Notes: generated from the sequence alone by a model not told the origin. Positions 48,767 to 59,283 are shown, numbered from the stretch's first letter. The stretch is DNA of 64,000 nt from Candidatus Cloacimonadales bacterium (GCA_963662585.1 OY759729.1:1888001-1952000); one strand, 5' to 3'. A program made the numbers and translations.

Positions 48767-49765
48767 TTGAATAGACCCAAAGAAGAAGATATTAAGGATA
48801 CATGGTTATTTGATAAATATCCTGAACTTCTTAACATCCTTTTGTTAGATCATACTACAAAAAAGAACATTTTCTGGGCTACAGAGAATTATCGATCATT
48901 AGGTAACGGTTTTAAGTATGCTGAACCAATTCTTCCTGATTTAATAACAGGTTCGAATATGGATATTTTAAAGCCCAGAGTTAAAAAAGAACAGGATCTT
49001 CAACAAGTAAGAATTCGAGAAATGGCAGAAGTTTTTACTCCTTCTTGGATTTGCAATATTCAAAACAATTTGATTGATAATGCTTGGTTTGGTTATGAAA
49101 ATATCTTCAATACCGAGATTACTCTTGCTGATGGAAAAAATTCCTGGAAAGTATGTCATGATAAGATTACTTTTCCTGAAGGGAAAACTTGGAAAGATTA
49201 TGTCAAAGAATCTAGGTTGGAAATGGCTTGTGGAGAAGCTCCCTATATTATTAGCAGATATGACGCGACAACAGGAGAATTTATCCCTATTGAAAGGCGA
49301 ATTGGATTGTTAGATAGAAAGTTAAGAGTGATTAATGAAAATGTAGCCAAATCAGGTGAATGGTTAAAAGCAGTACAGCTTGCTTATATGAGTATTTATG
49401 CATTTGAATGGCAAGGGGATAACCTATTATTAGCAAGAATGGAAATGTTGTTAACATTTATTGATAATTATAAGTTAAAATTTGGAAGAAATCCTATTTT
49501 TCGATCTATGAAATACATAGCTTATATAATATCATGGAATGTTTGGCAAATGGATGGGCTGAAAGGGGTTATTCCAAATAGTTGTAAGGAAACAGAAATT
49601 GAAAATTTATTCGGAGCAATTGAAAAAAAACAATGCTATGGTTGTCTTAAGGATAATATGAAAAAGCATAATGGAATTTATTGTCTAATTAAAGATTGGA
49701 AATCAAAGAATCTAGAAACAGGAAAACAAGGAAACATAATCAGATTCGTTGATCTGATAAAGTAG
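48767..49765 (+). CDS. RM system methyltransferase-like subunit (N-terminal SAM-binding half only)
   Basis: AEVFTPSW, LEMACGEAPY, AFEWQGDNL, WNVWQMDG; no NPPY; TTG start after GGAG. Confidence 0.72.
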   Translation: MNRPKEEDIKDTWLFDKYPELLNILLLDHTTKKNIFWATENYRSLGNGFKYAEPILPDLITGSNMDILKPRVKKEQDLQQVRIREMAEVFTPSWICNIQNNLIDNAWFGYENIFNTEITLADGKNSWKVCHDKITFPEGKTWKDYVKESRLEMACGEAPYIISRYDATTGEFIPIERRIGLLDRKLRVINENVAKSGEWLKAVQLAYMSIYAFEWQGDNLLLARMEMLLTFIDNYKLKFGRNPIFRSMKYIAYIISWNVWQMDGLKGVIPNSCKETEIENLFGAIEKKQCYGCLKDNMKKHNGIYCLIKDWKSKNLETGKQGNIIRFVDLIK

Positions 49766-49770
49766 GTTAC

Positions 49771-52700
49771 ATGAAATATAAATCATCGCTCAAATTAAAA
49801 CTAATATATGTGTTTCGAATAAATGATGCTGCTCATAAAGGCTCATTGAAAATTGGTGAGACTACTTCTGATAAAGAGTTAACTGATAATTTAAAACCTA
49901 ATTGTAAAAACCTTAATGATGCAGCGAAAAAGAGAATTAACCAATTCACTCAGACTGCTGGTATTAAATATGATTTGTTGTATACAGAACTCACGATCTA
50001 CAATTTTAAAGGATGTTTGCATTCATTTTCTGATTCTGAAGTACACAATGTTTTAATTCGCTCAGGAATTAAAAGAAGAATATTTGATAATGAAAATAAA
50101 GCTAATGAATGGTTTGAAACTGATCTAGAAACCGTTAAGAATGCTATTAAAGCAGTTAAAGAAGGCAGAGATTCATTGAATAATAGTGAAATCACTAATG
50201 AAGGTAACCCCATAATTTTTAGACCAGAACAAAAGGAAGCAATTAAAAAAACAATAAATCATTTTAAAAAAAACAATGAAATGCTTTGGTATGCAAAAAT
50301 GAGGTTTGGAAAAACTCTGTCAGCCCTACAAGTAGTCAAAAAAATGAATGTTAAAAAGACCTTAATTCTCACACATCGTCCTGTTGTTGATGATGGATGG
50401 TACGAAGATTTTTACAAAATATTTTATGATAGAAAAGAATACGCCTATGGCTCTCAGAAAAAAGGACAAAGATTTGAAACACTAGAAAGCCAGTCAAAGG
50501 ATGAAGTTAAGCATTTTATTTACTTTGCTTCCATGCAAGATTTGAGAGGTTCAGCTCAAGTAGGAGGTAACTACGAAAAAAATGAAAGCATTTTCCAAGT
50601 TGAATGGGATTTAATCATCATTGATGAAGCTCATGAAGGAACCCAAACTGAATTAGGAATTAATGTTATAAGTGAGCTCAAAAGTTCTAATACTAAATTA
50701 CTCCACCTTTCAGGAACTCCTTTCAATTTACTAGATAACTATAAAGAGGAGGAAATCTTTACTTGGGATTATGTAATGGAGCAAAAAGCAAAAGCAAATT
50801 GGGATCAAATACATTTTGGGGACTCTAATCCATATTCCTCATTGCCCAAGTTAAATATTTTTACTTATGATTTAGGAAAATTGTTGAATAATTTTGTTGA
50901 TGAAGATGTAGCCTTTAATTTTCGTGAGTTCTTCAGAGTTAATCAAGATGGAAAATTTATACATGAAAAAGATGTTTGTTCTTTTCTAAATTTAATCTGC
51001 AAAATAGATGATAGTAGTAAATATCCCTATTCAACTAAAGAATATCGTGATAACTTTAGACATTCTCTTTGGATGGTACCTGGTGTTAAAGAAGCAAAAG
51101 CCTTAAGTTCATTGCTAAAAGCTCATCCTGTTTTTAGCCATTTCAAAATTGTAAATGTTGCAGGTGCTGGTGATGAAGAAGAATCAAACGAAAAAGCTTT
51201 TAAAAAGGTAAAAGATGCAATTACAGAGCAAGCCCAAGACACTTACACAATAACGCTATCTTGTGGAAGATTAACAACAGGTGTTTCTGTTCCTGCATGG
51301 ACAGCTGTTTTCATGCTTTCAGGCTCTTATAATACTTCTGCAGCAAGTTATATGCAAACTATTTTCAGGGTACAAACGCCTGCTACTATTAATGGTAGAG
51401 TAAAAGAAAATTGTTTTGTGTTTGATTTTGCTCCAGATAGAACACTTAAAGTAATAGCTGAAACAGCAAAAATTTCCTCCAAAGCTGGTAAAACCTCAAA
51501 TCAAGACAGAGAGATTATGTCTGAGTTTCTTAACTTTTGTCCTATTATCTCCATAGATGGCTCACGAATGGAAGATTATGATGTAGAGAGAATGTTAGAA
51601 CAATTAAAGAAAGTTTACATTGAAAAGGTTGTACAAAATGGTTTTGAAGATGAACACCTATATAACACACAGCAGTTAATGAAATTAAACGATATTGATT
51701 TGCAAGAGTTTAAAGATTTGAGGGGGATTATTGGAAGTATAAAAGCAATTCCGAAAAGTAATGACATTGATATCAATAGACAAGGTTTCACTGGTGAAGA
51801 GCTTAGCAAACTGGAAGAAGCTGAAAAAAAGACAAAAGAAAGAAAAGAACTAAGCGAAGAAGAGGAAAGGCTTCTACAAGAAAAGAAAGAAAAAAGAGAA
51901 AATTGGAAAAATGCTATTTCAATACTAAGAGGTATTTCGATAAGAATGCCTTTATTGATTTATGGAGCTGAAGTAAATAACGAAGATGAACAAATAACTA
52001 TTGATAACTTTACAGAATTAATTGATGCTCGATCTTGGGAAGAATTTATGCCTAAGAATGTTACAAAAGATTTGTTTGAAAAATTCAAGAAATATTACGA
52101 ACCTGATGTTTTCAGAGCCGCTGGTAAACGTATTAGAGCTATGGCTAGATCCGCTGATAAACTGCCTATAGAACAACGCATTGAAAAAATTACTACAATT
52201 TTTAGTCACTTTAGGAATCCAGATAAAGAAACTGTCTTAACACCTTGGCGAGTTGTTAATATGCACTTGGGAGACTGTCTTGGTGGGTATGTGTTTTTTG
52301 ATGATGATATGGAAAATCAAATTGAAAAACCTCGATATATAGACCATGGTCAGGTTACAAAAGAAGTCTTTGCTCCTGATGCAAAAATATTGGAGATAAA
52401 CTCAAAATCAGGTCTTTATCCACTGTATATAGCTTATGGAATATTCAAAAATATTTACAATACTAAATTTTTGGATAATACTAAAATCGTAAGCATCCTA
52501 GAAGAACAAGCAATCTGGGATGAAGTTGTAGCTAAAAATATCTTCGTAATTTGTAAAACTCCTATGGCAAAGAGCATAACAAAAAGAACTTTAGTAGGAT
52601 TTAGGAATTCAAAAATAAACACTCACTATTTTGAAGATTTAGTGAATCAGATAACTAATAAACAAGATAAATTTATTAGTAAAATCAAAAAAGGTGATAC

Positions 52701-53769
52701 TTACTGGAAAGCAAATAAGGATGAAAATATGAAATTTAACGCAATTGTAGGGAATCCTCCTTATCAAGAAAATATTAGCAACTCTCCCCAAAACTCATCA
52801 TTAAGTAAGCAAGTTTTTCCGTATTTCATTGAGATAGGAATCAAAATACAACCAGACTATCTTACATTGATAACTCCTTCAAGATGGTTTACTGGTAATG
52901 CTCAAGATAGATCTTTTGTAAAATTAAGAAAATTCATTATGTTTAATAACAGACTAAGGAAGATATTCAATTATCCAAATTCTCGAAAGATTTTTAATGA
53001 TGTCGAGATTAGTGGAGGAGTAAATTACTTTTTGTATGAATCCTCATATATTGGGGAAGTTGAATTCAATGAGTTTTATAATGAGGATAACAAAGTGTCT
53101 GTAAAAAGACCACTGTTTGAAGATGGGTTAGATATTGTTTTAAGTAGTGGGAAAAATTACAGAATTATACAAAAAATAAAGAATGAAAAATTTACTTCTT
53201 TAAACACTATTACACAAGGTAGAAATGCTTTTGGAATTGTGGGGAAAAATGTTGATAAAATTTCATATTCTAAAAGAAATAATGATAATCAATATGAACT
53301 AAGATGTAAATATGAAGAAATAAGATATATTGATAAAAATAACATAAAAAAAAATCAGAGAATAGCGGATAATTGGAAAATATTCATATCAAAAGGAAAT
53401 GGAGGAGCAGGTTTTTTGACAGAAGATAAGGCAGTCTCCATTTTAGGTAAACCATTTATTGGAAAACCAAAATCTGTTTGTACCGATTCATTAATACCGA
53501 TTGGATCTTTTAGTACAAAATTTGAAGCAATTTCATTACTACATTATATCAAAACTAAGCTTTTTAGATATGTTGTAGGGATTTTAAAAGTATCCCAGAA
53601 CTTATATCAAAATGTATACAATTTTGTTCCTTTACAAAACTTTACTCCTGATTCCGACATAGACTGGACTAAGCCAATTGCTGAGATTGATAAGCAATTA
53701 TACAAGAAATATGAACTAACCCAAGAAGAAATTGATTTCATTGAAAGAATGATAAAACCAATGGAATAG
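49771..53769 (+). CDS. Fused restriction-modification enzyme: GIY-YIG-like nuclease, SF2 helicase, Eco57I-type N6-adenine MTase and target recognition domain
   Basis: IYVF..KIGET..EWF; AKMRFGKT and IIDEAH; ETVLTPW, EINSKSGLY; GNPPY; IDKQLYKKY C-terminus. Confidence 0.85.
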   Translation: MKYKSSLKLKLIYVFRINDAAHKGSLKIGETTSDKELTDNLKPNCKNLNDAAKKRINQFTQTAGIKYDLLYTELTIYNFKGCLHSFSDSEVHNVLIRSGIKRRIFDNENKANEWFETDLETVKNAIKAVKEGRDSLNNSEITNEGNPIIFRPEQKEAIKKTINHFKKNNEMLWYAKMRFGKTLSALQVVKKMNVKKTLILTHRPVVDDGWYEDFYKIFYDRKEYAYGSQKKGQRFETLESQSKDEVKHFIYFASMQDLRGSAQVGGNYEKNESIFQVEWDLIIIDEAHEGTQTELGINVISELKSSNTKLLHLSGTPFNLLDNYKEEEIFTWDYVMEQKAKANWDQIHFGDSNPYSSLPKLNIFTYDLGKLLNNFVDEDVAFNFREFFRVNQDGKFIHEKDVCSFLNLICKIDDSSKYPYSTKEYRDNFRHSLWMVPGVKEAKALSSLLKAHPVFSHFKIVNVAGAGDEEESNEKAFKKVKDAITEQAQDTYTITLSCGRLTTGVSVPAWTAVFMLSGSYNTSAASYMQTIFRVQTPATINGRVKENCFVFDFAPDRTLKVIAETAKISSKAGKTSNQDREIMSEFLNFCPIISIDGSRMEDYDVERMLEQLKKVYIEKVVQNGFEDEHLYNTQQLMKLNDIDLQEFKDLRGIIGSIKAIPKSNDIDINRQGFTGEELSKLEEAEKKTKERKELSEEEERLLQEKKEKRENWKNAISILRGISIRMPLLIYGAEVNNEDEQITIDNFTELIDARSWEEFMPKNVTKDLFEKFKKYYEPDVFRAAGKRIRAMARSADKLPIEQRIEKITTIFSHFRNPDKETVLTPWRVVNMHLGDCLGGYVFFDDDMENQIEKPRYIDHGQVTKEVFAPDAKILEINSKSGLYPLYIAYGIFKNIYNTKFLDNTKIVSILEEQAIWDEVVAKNIFVICKTPMAKSITKRTLVGFRNSKINTHYFEDLVNQITNKQDKFISKIKKGDTYWKANKDENMKFNAIVGNPPYQENISNSPQNSSLSKQVFPYFIEIGIKIQPDYLTLITPSRWFTGNAQDRSFVKLRKFIMFNNRLRKIFNYPNSRKIFNDVEISGGVNYFLYESSYIGEVEFNEFYNEDNKVSVKRPLFEDGLDIVLSSGKNYRIIQKIKNEKFTSLNTITQGRNAFGIVGKNVDKISYSKRNNDNQYELRCKYEEIRYIDKNNIKKNQRIADNWKIFISKGNGGAGFLTEDKAVSILGKPFIGKPKSVCTDSLIPIGSFSTKFEAISLLHYIKTKLFRYVVGILKVSQNLYQNVYNFVPLQNFTPDSDIDWTKPIAEIDKQLYKKYELTQEEIDFIERMIKPME

Positions 53770-53956
53770 AAAGTTACATCTCATGTTATGCATCATTAAA
53801 TATTAGATTTAATGATTAATTGATATATAAAAAATAAGATTTAAAAGGATTAAGTTACATTGAGAAAAAGGGAATAGATAATTTAGTAAATCATTGTATT
53901 TGCAAGAAAGTAATAATAAATTCCAAGACATCAACCACTATAAATATGGAGTGTAT

Positions 53957-55054
53957 ATGCTTTTAAGAAAAGGTAAAACGCGACAATTATTAGAGAAATC
54001 GATTGATAGTGCTCTTTTAGCAGTAGAGATATACAATAAACCTAGAACATCCTTTAGAGTTGAAACTTATATTACCCATATGATAATCGCTTGGACAAAA
54101 CTGTTCCATGCTCATTTTTATCACACTATAGGTGATAAATACTATTACAAAGAAAATAATAAAAGGAAATACAAGAAAATAGATGGAGAAAAGAAAGCTT
54201 GGGAACTAAATCATTGTATTAACGAGTATAAAAAACTATCAAAAGCTGAGACTGAGAACCTGAAATTTTTTATTAAATTAAGAAATAAAATTGAACATAG
54301 ATATGTTGATAGAATAGAACTTGGAATAATGATTTTTGGTGAATGCCAATCTTTACTATATAATTATGAAAATACATTAGTTACGCTTTTTGGGGAAGAA
54401 TATTCTATGAATGAAAATTTAGCATACTCTCTACAATTTTCTAGATTAAGAACAAAACAACAAGTTGAATCCTCAAATCTATTATTAACAAGAGATGTTA
54501 CAGAAATTAAGGAATTTATTGAGCGATTTAGAGGGAAGATATCTGAATCAACATTTAACTCACAAGAATTTAGTATAAAATTAATACAAATTCCCAGAAT
54601 AAGTAATACAAATAGAAATGATTTAGCTATTGAATTTATCAATTGGTCTAGTTTATCAAAAGAGGATAAAGATAATTATCAAAAAGTTAATGCTATTGTT
54701 AAAGATAAAATAGTTCACAGAGAAGCTGTAAACACAAAACGCTTCAAAGCCTCACAAGTTATAGATTGCATCAATGAACACAGCAATGTTAAGATGAATC
54801 ATTATGATCATAAGTGCTTATATTATATTTTCTCTATTCGACCTACTAGCTTAGAAAATATGGATCCTGAAGAGACAAACATAGCATTTTGCTACTATGA
54901 TATTGCTCATAAAGATTATTTATATACACAAGAATGGATAGATTTTTTAATAAATATCATTTCATCAAAACAACTTACCAAAGATGAGTGGAAGACATTA
55001 TACAAAAAAAATCAAAAAAGAGACATAAATACATTAGATGTGTTAAATTATTAA
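53957..55054 (+). CDS. DUF3644-family (HEPN-like) protein
   Basis: LLEKSIDSALLAVEIYNKP N-terminus; RNKIEH (R-x4-H); ATG 53957 after GGAG. Confidence 0.75.
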   Translation: MLLRKGKTRQLLEKSIDSALLAVEIYNKPRTSFRVETYITHMIIAWTKLFHAHFYHTIGDKYYYKENNKRKYKKIDGEKKAWELNHCINEYKKLSKAETENLKFFIKLRNKIEHRYVDRIELGIMIFGECQSLLYNYENTLVTLFGEEYSMNENLAYSLQFSRLRTKQQVESSNLLLTRDVTEIKEFIERFRGKISESTFNSQEFSIKLIQIPRISNTNRNDLAIEFINWSSLSKEDKDNYQKVNAIVKDKIVHREAVNTKRFKASQVIDCINEHSNVKMNHYDHKCLYYIFSIRPTSLENMDPEETNIAFCYYDIAHKDYLYTQEWIDFLINIISSKQLTKDEWKTLYKKNQKRDINTLDVLNY

Positions 55055-55339
55055 TTTAACATTACATAATATTGAAGATAATGGCCTAGTGTTTATATTC
55101 TCATTTTAAGTATTTTGTGCAAATTAACATAAACATCATCAACCTGATTTTGGGTTATTCCTATATAGCGGAAGGTAACAACTTGAGAAGAAAGATTGAA
55201 AATCCTCATGTGTAGAGATAGATCAACTCATTCTTCAACGCGTGATAACCAAAAGTTTTTCATAAGGTATGTGTACCTATTTTATTTCTAATACCAACTC
55301 TAAAGACATTTTTATTATTATTCAAAAGCCAAAAAATTT

Positions 55340-55864
55340 GCTCAAGTTCAAGTATAGTGGAAATTATAAAGTACTATGATGGACCTTATTATTGCATCAT
55401 AATAAGTTACGCTTTATAGCCTAGAAGGAATAGAAGTTTTTATGCTAAATAAGACTTAATCCTGACTTGTGAGGGCGTAGCTTTAGCGAAGACTCAAAGG
55501 ATAAGTTTATATCCCTAGCGGGGATTAATAGGTTAGCCTAGGGTAAAATCCTGACTTGTGAGGGCGTAGCTTTTAAGCGAAGACTCAAGGGATTGCAACC
55601 CTGGGTTGTGATGTATATAAAGAGTGTAACCCTGTAAGGGTTTAATAAAAGCATATATACCAGAGATTTATTATATAAATTTGATTTAATAAACCCTTAC
55701 AGGGTTATGTCCATAATTTTGGATATTGTACCTGGGGTGACGATCCCTATAGGATCTTACCCCAGGCTAATCTATTAATCCCTTTCAGGGATATTTTAAT
55801 TCTGTCAATATTAACTAAACTGTTATGTTATACATACATCTTTCCACCAGACTTGAACTTGAGC
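55340..55864. mobile_element. MITE/REPIN-like composite element, long copy
   Basis: 24 bp terminal inverted repeat (2 mismatches) GCTCAAGTTCAAGTATAGTGGAAA / TTTCCACCAGACTTGAACTTGAGC; internal inverted AACCCTGTAAGGGTTT arms; homologous to 16818-17121. Confidence 0.75.
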
Positions 55865-55931
55865 CAATATAATGTAATGAGACTTGATAAATGTGCTAAT
55901 GTTTAGAAAAAAGGACTGTCTTAGAACAAAG

Positions 55932-55962
55932 AAAAAAGCTTATGAATTATCATAAGCTTTTC
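55932..55962. terminator. Bidirectional terminator hairpin; target site of the group II intron
   Basis: AAAAGCTTATGA-ATTA-TCATAAGCTTTT. Confidence 0.8.
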
Positions 55963-58073
55963 GTTTGCCCAGAATGTTATCTGAGCCGATGGACTGAAAG
56001 AAGTCCTGACACCCAACTGACAGGAAGTCAATCTGAGGTCAAGGGCGTTGCTGGCAACGGCAGGGTCTGAAGTAAGACGCAGGAAGAATGTGGAACATAG
56101 CGAAAGTAAACTGATTTTGGTTCATGTAGTGGGTAACTCTTCGAAAAGTGAGAACGCCCAAAAGTCAGTCGATTACATGGATTACAACAGATGGATTTAC
56201 ATTCAGGCAGGATAGCTTAACTGGGGAAGCCTGTTAATGTCTCTAATAGAGTAACTATGACTACAAGCTGAAAGGCAAGAGTTGTATTAAGCATAAGCAG
56301 GTGGCAGATGATTCCGTAGTAGTGACTAACCCTTTGCCTATGAAAGCTGGTGACAGACTGGAGGATAAAACAGAGGGGACAATATTCTTAGTAATATTGG
56401 GGGATATTTTTCAAAAGGAAATATCTCATGTGAAGGGATGAAGATAAACCAAAGAATAAACATAATTAAAGAGATATTTTCTTAAAAGTAGGAAACGAAG
56501 AGAATCGAAAGATTCAAGGCTCGGATAGACGGTGGTGAGTACCTTCTTTCTATCATGACCTTACGAGACTGAGTAGATGAAGTTAAAAAAAGGATAATAG
56601 TCAAAACCTATAAAATCTTTGATAGATTGCTTTATGCTAAAAACTTCGAAGGTCTTCATTGAATTAACTGTCATTTGAAAGTATAATTTAAACATTGTTT
56701 ATTGTGAAAAAGGAGAAACTAAATGAAAAAGTGGTACAGTTTAATTGATAAAGTTTACTCAAAAGGTAATCTCTATGAATCTTTCCTAAAGGTAAAGAAA
56801 AATAGAGGTGCAGAAGGTATAGATAATATTACTATATCTAAGTTTGGTGAGACTCTACAAGAGAACTTAGAGCAGATTCATTTAGAATTGAAAAGTGGGA
56901 AGTATATCCCATCACCTGTGAAACGGGTAGAGATACCTAAAGGAAATGGTAAGATGAGGCCATTAGGAATACCTACTGTAAAAGATAGAATCGTACAGCA
57001 GGCAATAAATAACATCATCCAACCAATTTTTGAACCTGATTTTCATCCACAAAGCTATGGCTACCGTCCCAACAAAAGTTGTCAAAAGGCAGTGGCTAAA
57101 GCACATATATTAATGGTTCAGGAAGAGCTTCCTTTTGTAGTGGATATGGATTTATCAAAATGTTTTGATACATTAAATCATAAATTCATAATGCAATCAT
57201 TAAATAGGAAAATAAGTGACGGAACATTATTAAAGTTGATAGAGAAAATCTTAAAGTCTGGTGTTATGCAAGAAGGGAAGTATAGCGAAACTGAAGTAGG
57301 AAGTCCACAAGGAGGGGTAATCTCTCCACTTCTTATGAACATATATCTTGATAGTTTTGACCAAGAAATGAAAAGTCGAGGAATCGAGATAGTACGCTAT
57401 GCTGATGACATTTTACTTTTTGCTAAGACTAAGAAAAAAGCAGAACAATATCAACGAATTGCGGTAGAATATCTAAACTCAATTTATCTCATCGTAAATG
57501 AAGAAAAGACACATATTGCGAGTGTATTTAAAGGAGTCAAGTATCTTGGCTTCGAAATACATGAATCATATGTAAAGATAGAGGATAAAAGAGTAAAAGC
57601 GTTCAAAGATAAGATTCGGTCACTGACTCCACGGAATAGCGGAATTAATGTCCAGACAATGATTAAAAGACTTAATCCGATATTGAGAGGTTGGTCGAAT
57701 TACTTTAGGGTGGCAAATTGCAAAGGAGTCTTTCAGTCTCTATTATCATGGATAAGGCGGCGACTAAGAATGAAGAAAATGCGGGAATGGAAAAGTTGGA
57801 AAGCTTTTCACCAACAACTTAGAAGAGTTGGGCATAAAAGTGATTTTCCGAAAATATCTATGACACATTGGAAGAATTCTGGTTGTTATCATATTCATAG
57901 AGCTTTACCTAATGAATGGTTTGAGCAATTAGGGCTATATGACTTACTATCGAAACCTACAAGTGTTTTATTTAATTATTATGAATAATTACAAGGTTTA
58001 TCAGGAGCCGTGTACGAGTCCCGTACGCACGGTTCTGTGAGAGGGATGGTGCTAACGCACCACCCTACTCGAT
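55963..58073 (+). mobile_element. Group II intron, class C-like
   Basis: 5' end GTTTGCCCAGAATG right after a terminator hairpin; short domain V GAGCCGTGTACG..CGTACGCACGGTTC (58005-58035); domain VI ending CCCTACTCGAT; RT ORF without En domain; 5' boundary uncertain by ~2 nt. Confidence 0.9.
56723..57988 (+). CDS. ltrA: Group II intron reverse transcriptase/maturase
   Basis: RPLGIPTVKDR, SYGYRP, PQGGVISPLL, RYADD, RGWSNYF. Confidence 0.96.
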   Translation: MKKWYSLIDKVYSKGNLYESFLKVKKNRGAEGIDNITISKFGETLQENLEQIHLELKSGKYIPSPVKRVEIPKGNGKMRPLGIPTVKDRIVQQAINNIIQPIFEPDFHPQSYGYRPNKSCQKAVAKAHILMVQEELPFVVDMDLSKCFDTLNHKFIMQSLNRKISDGTLLKLIEKILKSGVMQEGKYSETEVGSPQGGVISPLLMNIYLDSFDQEMKSRGIEIVRYADDILLFAKTKKKAEQYQRIAVEYLNSIYLIVNEEKTHIASVFKGVKYLGFEIHESYVKIEDKRVKAFKDKIRSLTPRNSGINVQTMIKRLNPILRGWSNYFRVANCKGVFQSLLSWIRRRLRMKKMREWKSWKAFHQQLRRVGHKSDFPKISMTHWKNSGCYHIHRALPNEWFEQLGLYDLLSKPTSVLFNYYE

Positions 58074-58095
58074 TATTTATTTATAAATGTTAAAA

Positions 58096-59256
58096 TTAAT
58101 CAATTATATAAGTTTTTAGTGGAGGGAATCCATTAAACTCAATAGAACTATAAGATGTTGTATAAGCTCCTGTTGATAAGAAATAGACTCTATCTCCAAT
58201 TGCTAAATTAAGAGGTAAATCATATTTAAAATCCTCATACATAATGTCTTGAGAATCACAAGTTGGCCCAGCCAAGATACACTCTTCGGTTTCTCCTCGG
58301 CGTTCTGTAAAAATTGGGAATTTAATAGATTCTTCTAAAGTCTCTATGAGTCCACTAAATTTACCAATATCGGTAAATATCCAACGATTAAGAGAGGTTC
58401 TAGACTTTCTAGCAATTAGCACTACTTCACTAACAATAATGCCAGCATCTGCAGCTAAAGAGCGACCTGGTTCAATTAAAATTTCAGGAATATCGTCTCC
58501 GAAGTCTTCCTCAAGATATCTTTTTATTTCAGAAGCATAGACTTCAATATCGTTAGTTCTAGATGTATAGTTAGCTGGGAATCCACCACCCATGTTGATC
58601 ATTTTGAGTTTAATTCCCTCTTCTTCTTCTAACCAAGAAAAGATATAGCGAACCTTAGCAATAGCAGCATCCCATGATGCGATATCTCTTTGTTGAGAGC
58701 CTACATGGAAAGATATGCCATAAGGTTCTAAACCAAGTTTTTTTGCTAAAACTATTAAATCACAAGCCATATCTGATTGGCAGCCAAACTTTCTAGAGAG
58801 AGGCCAGTCTGCTGTATCAACACCTTCTGTCAAAATTCTAACAAAGACTTTTGATCCTGGGGCAGCTTTGGCGATGTTTCTTAAATCTGCTTCAGAGTCT
58901 GAGACATACAATCTTACACCTGCTTCATAATGTTCTCTAATATCTTTAGCTTTTTTAATGGTATTTCCATAGCTAATTCTATCTGGAGAAATGCCTAGTG
59001 CTAAAAGTTTTCTAAGTTCATAAATTGAAGCAACATCAAAATTTGAACCTAAATCTCTGAGCAGGGCTAATACTTCATTTGCTGGGTTTGCTTTTACTGC
59101 ATAATGAATCTTAGAATAAGGAAAGTTCCTAATCAACTCTTCATATTTTTCTTTAATAACACTTAGTCTAACAATTAAGAAAGGAGTCTCTTTGTCCTCT
59201 GAAAAAGCTAGCATATTTTGCCAATCTTCTCTTTTAATATAAGAATCTCTTATCAT
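58096..59256 (-). CDS. Fold-type III PLP-dependent ornithine/lysine decarboxylase
   Basis: YAVKAN (PLP Lys), FDVAS, SFHVGSQ, MGGGF, EPGR, GPTCDS, GAYT. Confidence 0.93.
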   Translation of the reverse strand: MIRDSYIKREDWQNMLAFSEDKETPFLIVRLSVIKEKYEELIRNFPYSKIHYAVKANPANEVLALLRDLGSNFDVASIYELRKLLALGISPDRISYGNTIKKAKDIREHYEAGVRLYVSDSEADLRNIAKAAPGSKVFVRILTEGVDTADWPLSRKFGCQSDMACDLIVLAKKLGLEPYGISFHVGSQQRDIASWDAAIAKVRYIFSWLEEEEGIKLKMINMGGGFPANYTSRTNDIEVYASEIKRYLEEDFGDDIPEILIEPGRSLAADAGIIVSEVVLIARKSRTSLNRWIFTDIGKFSGLIETLEESIKFPIFTERRGETEECILAGPTCDSQDIMYEDFKYDLPLNLAIGDRVYFLSTGAYTTSYSSIEFNGFPPLKTYIID

Positions 59257-59283
59257 CGTAATCCTCCGAATTTAAATATTTTT

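Noticed and set aside
53894..53956. TTG-initiated extension of the DUF3644 gene
   Set aside because: ATG 53957 has a GGAG RBS and matches the family-like N-terminus.
55176..55215. NLRRKIENP peptide resembling an OmpR C-terminus
   Set aside because: Too short and unsupported by flanking sequence.
56723..57988. DGR or retron RT acting on the FGE genes
   Set aside because: The RT has group II intron motifs (YADD, maturase RGWxNYF) and is flanked by intron domains V and VI; no template repeat was found.
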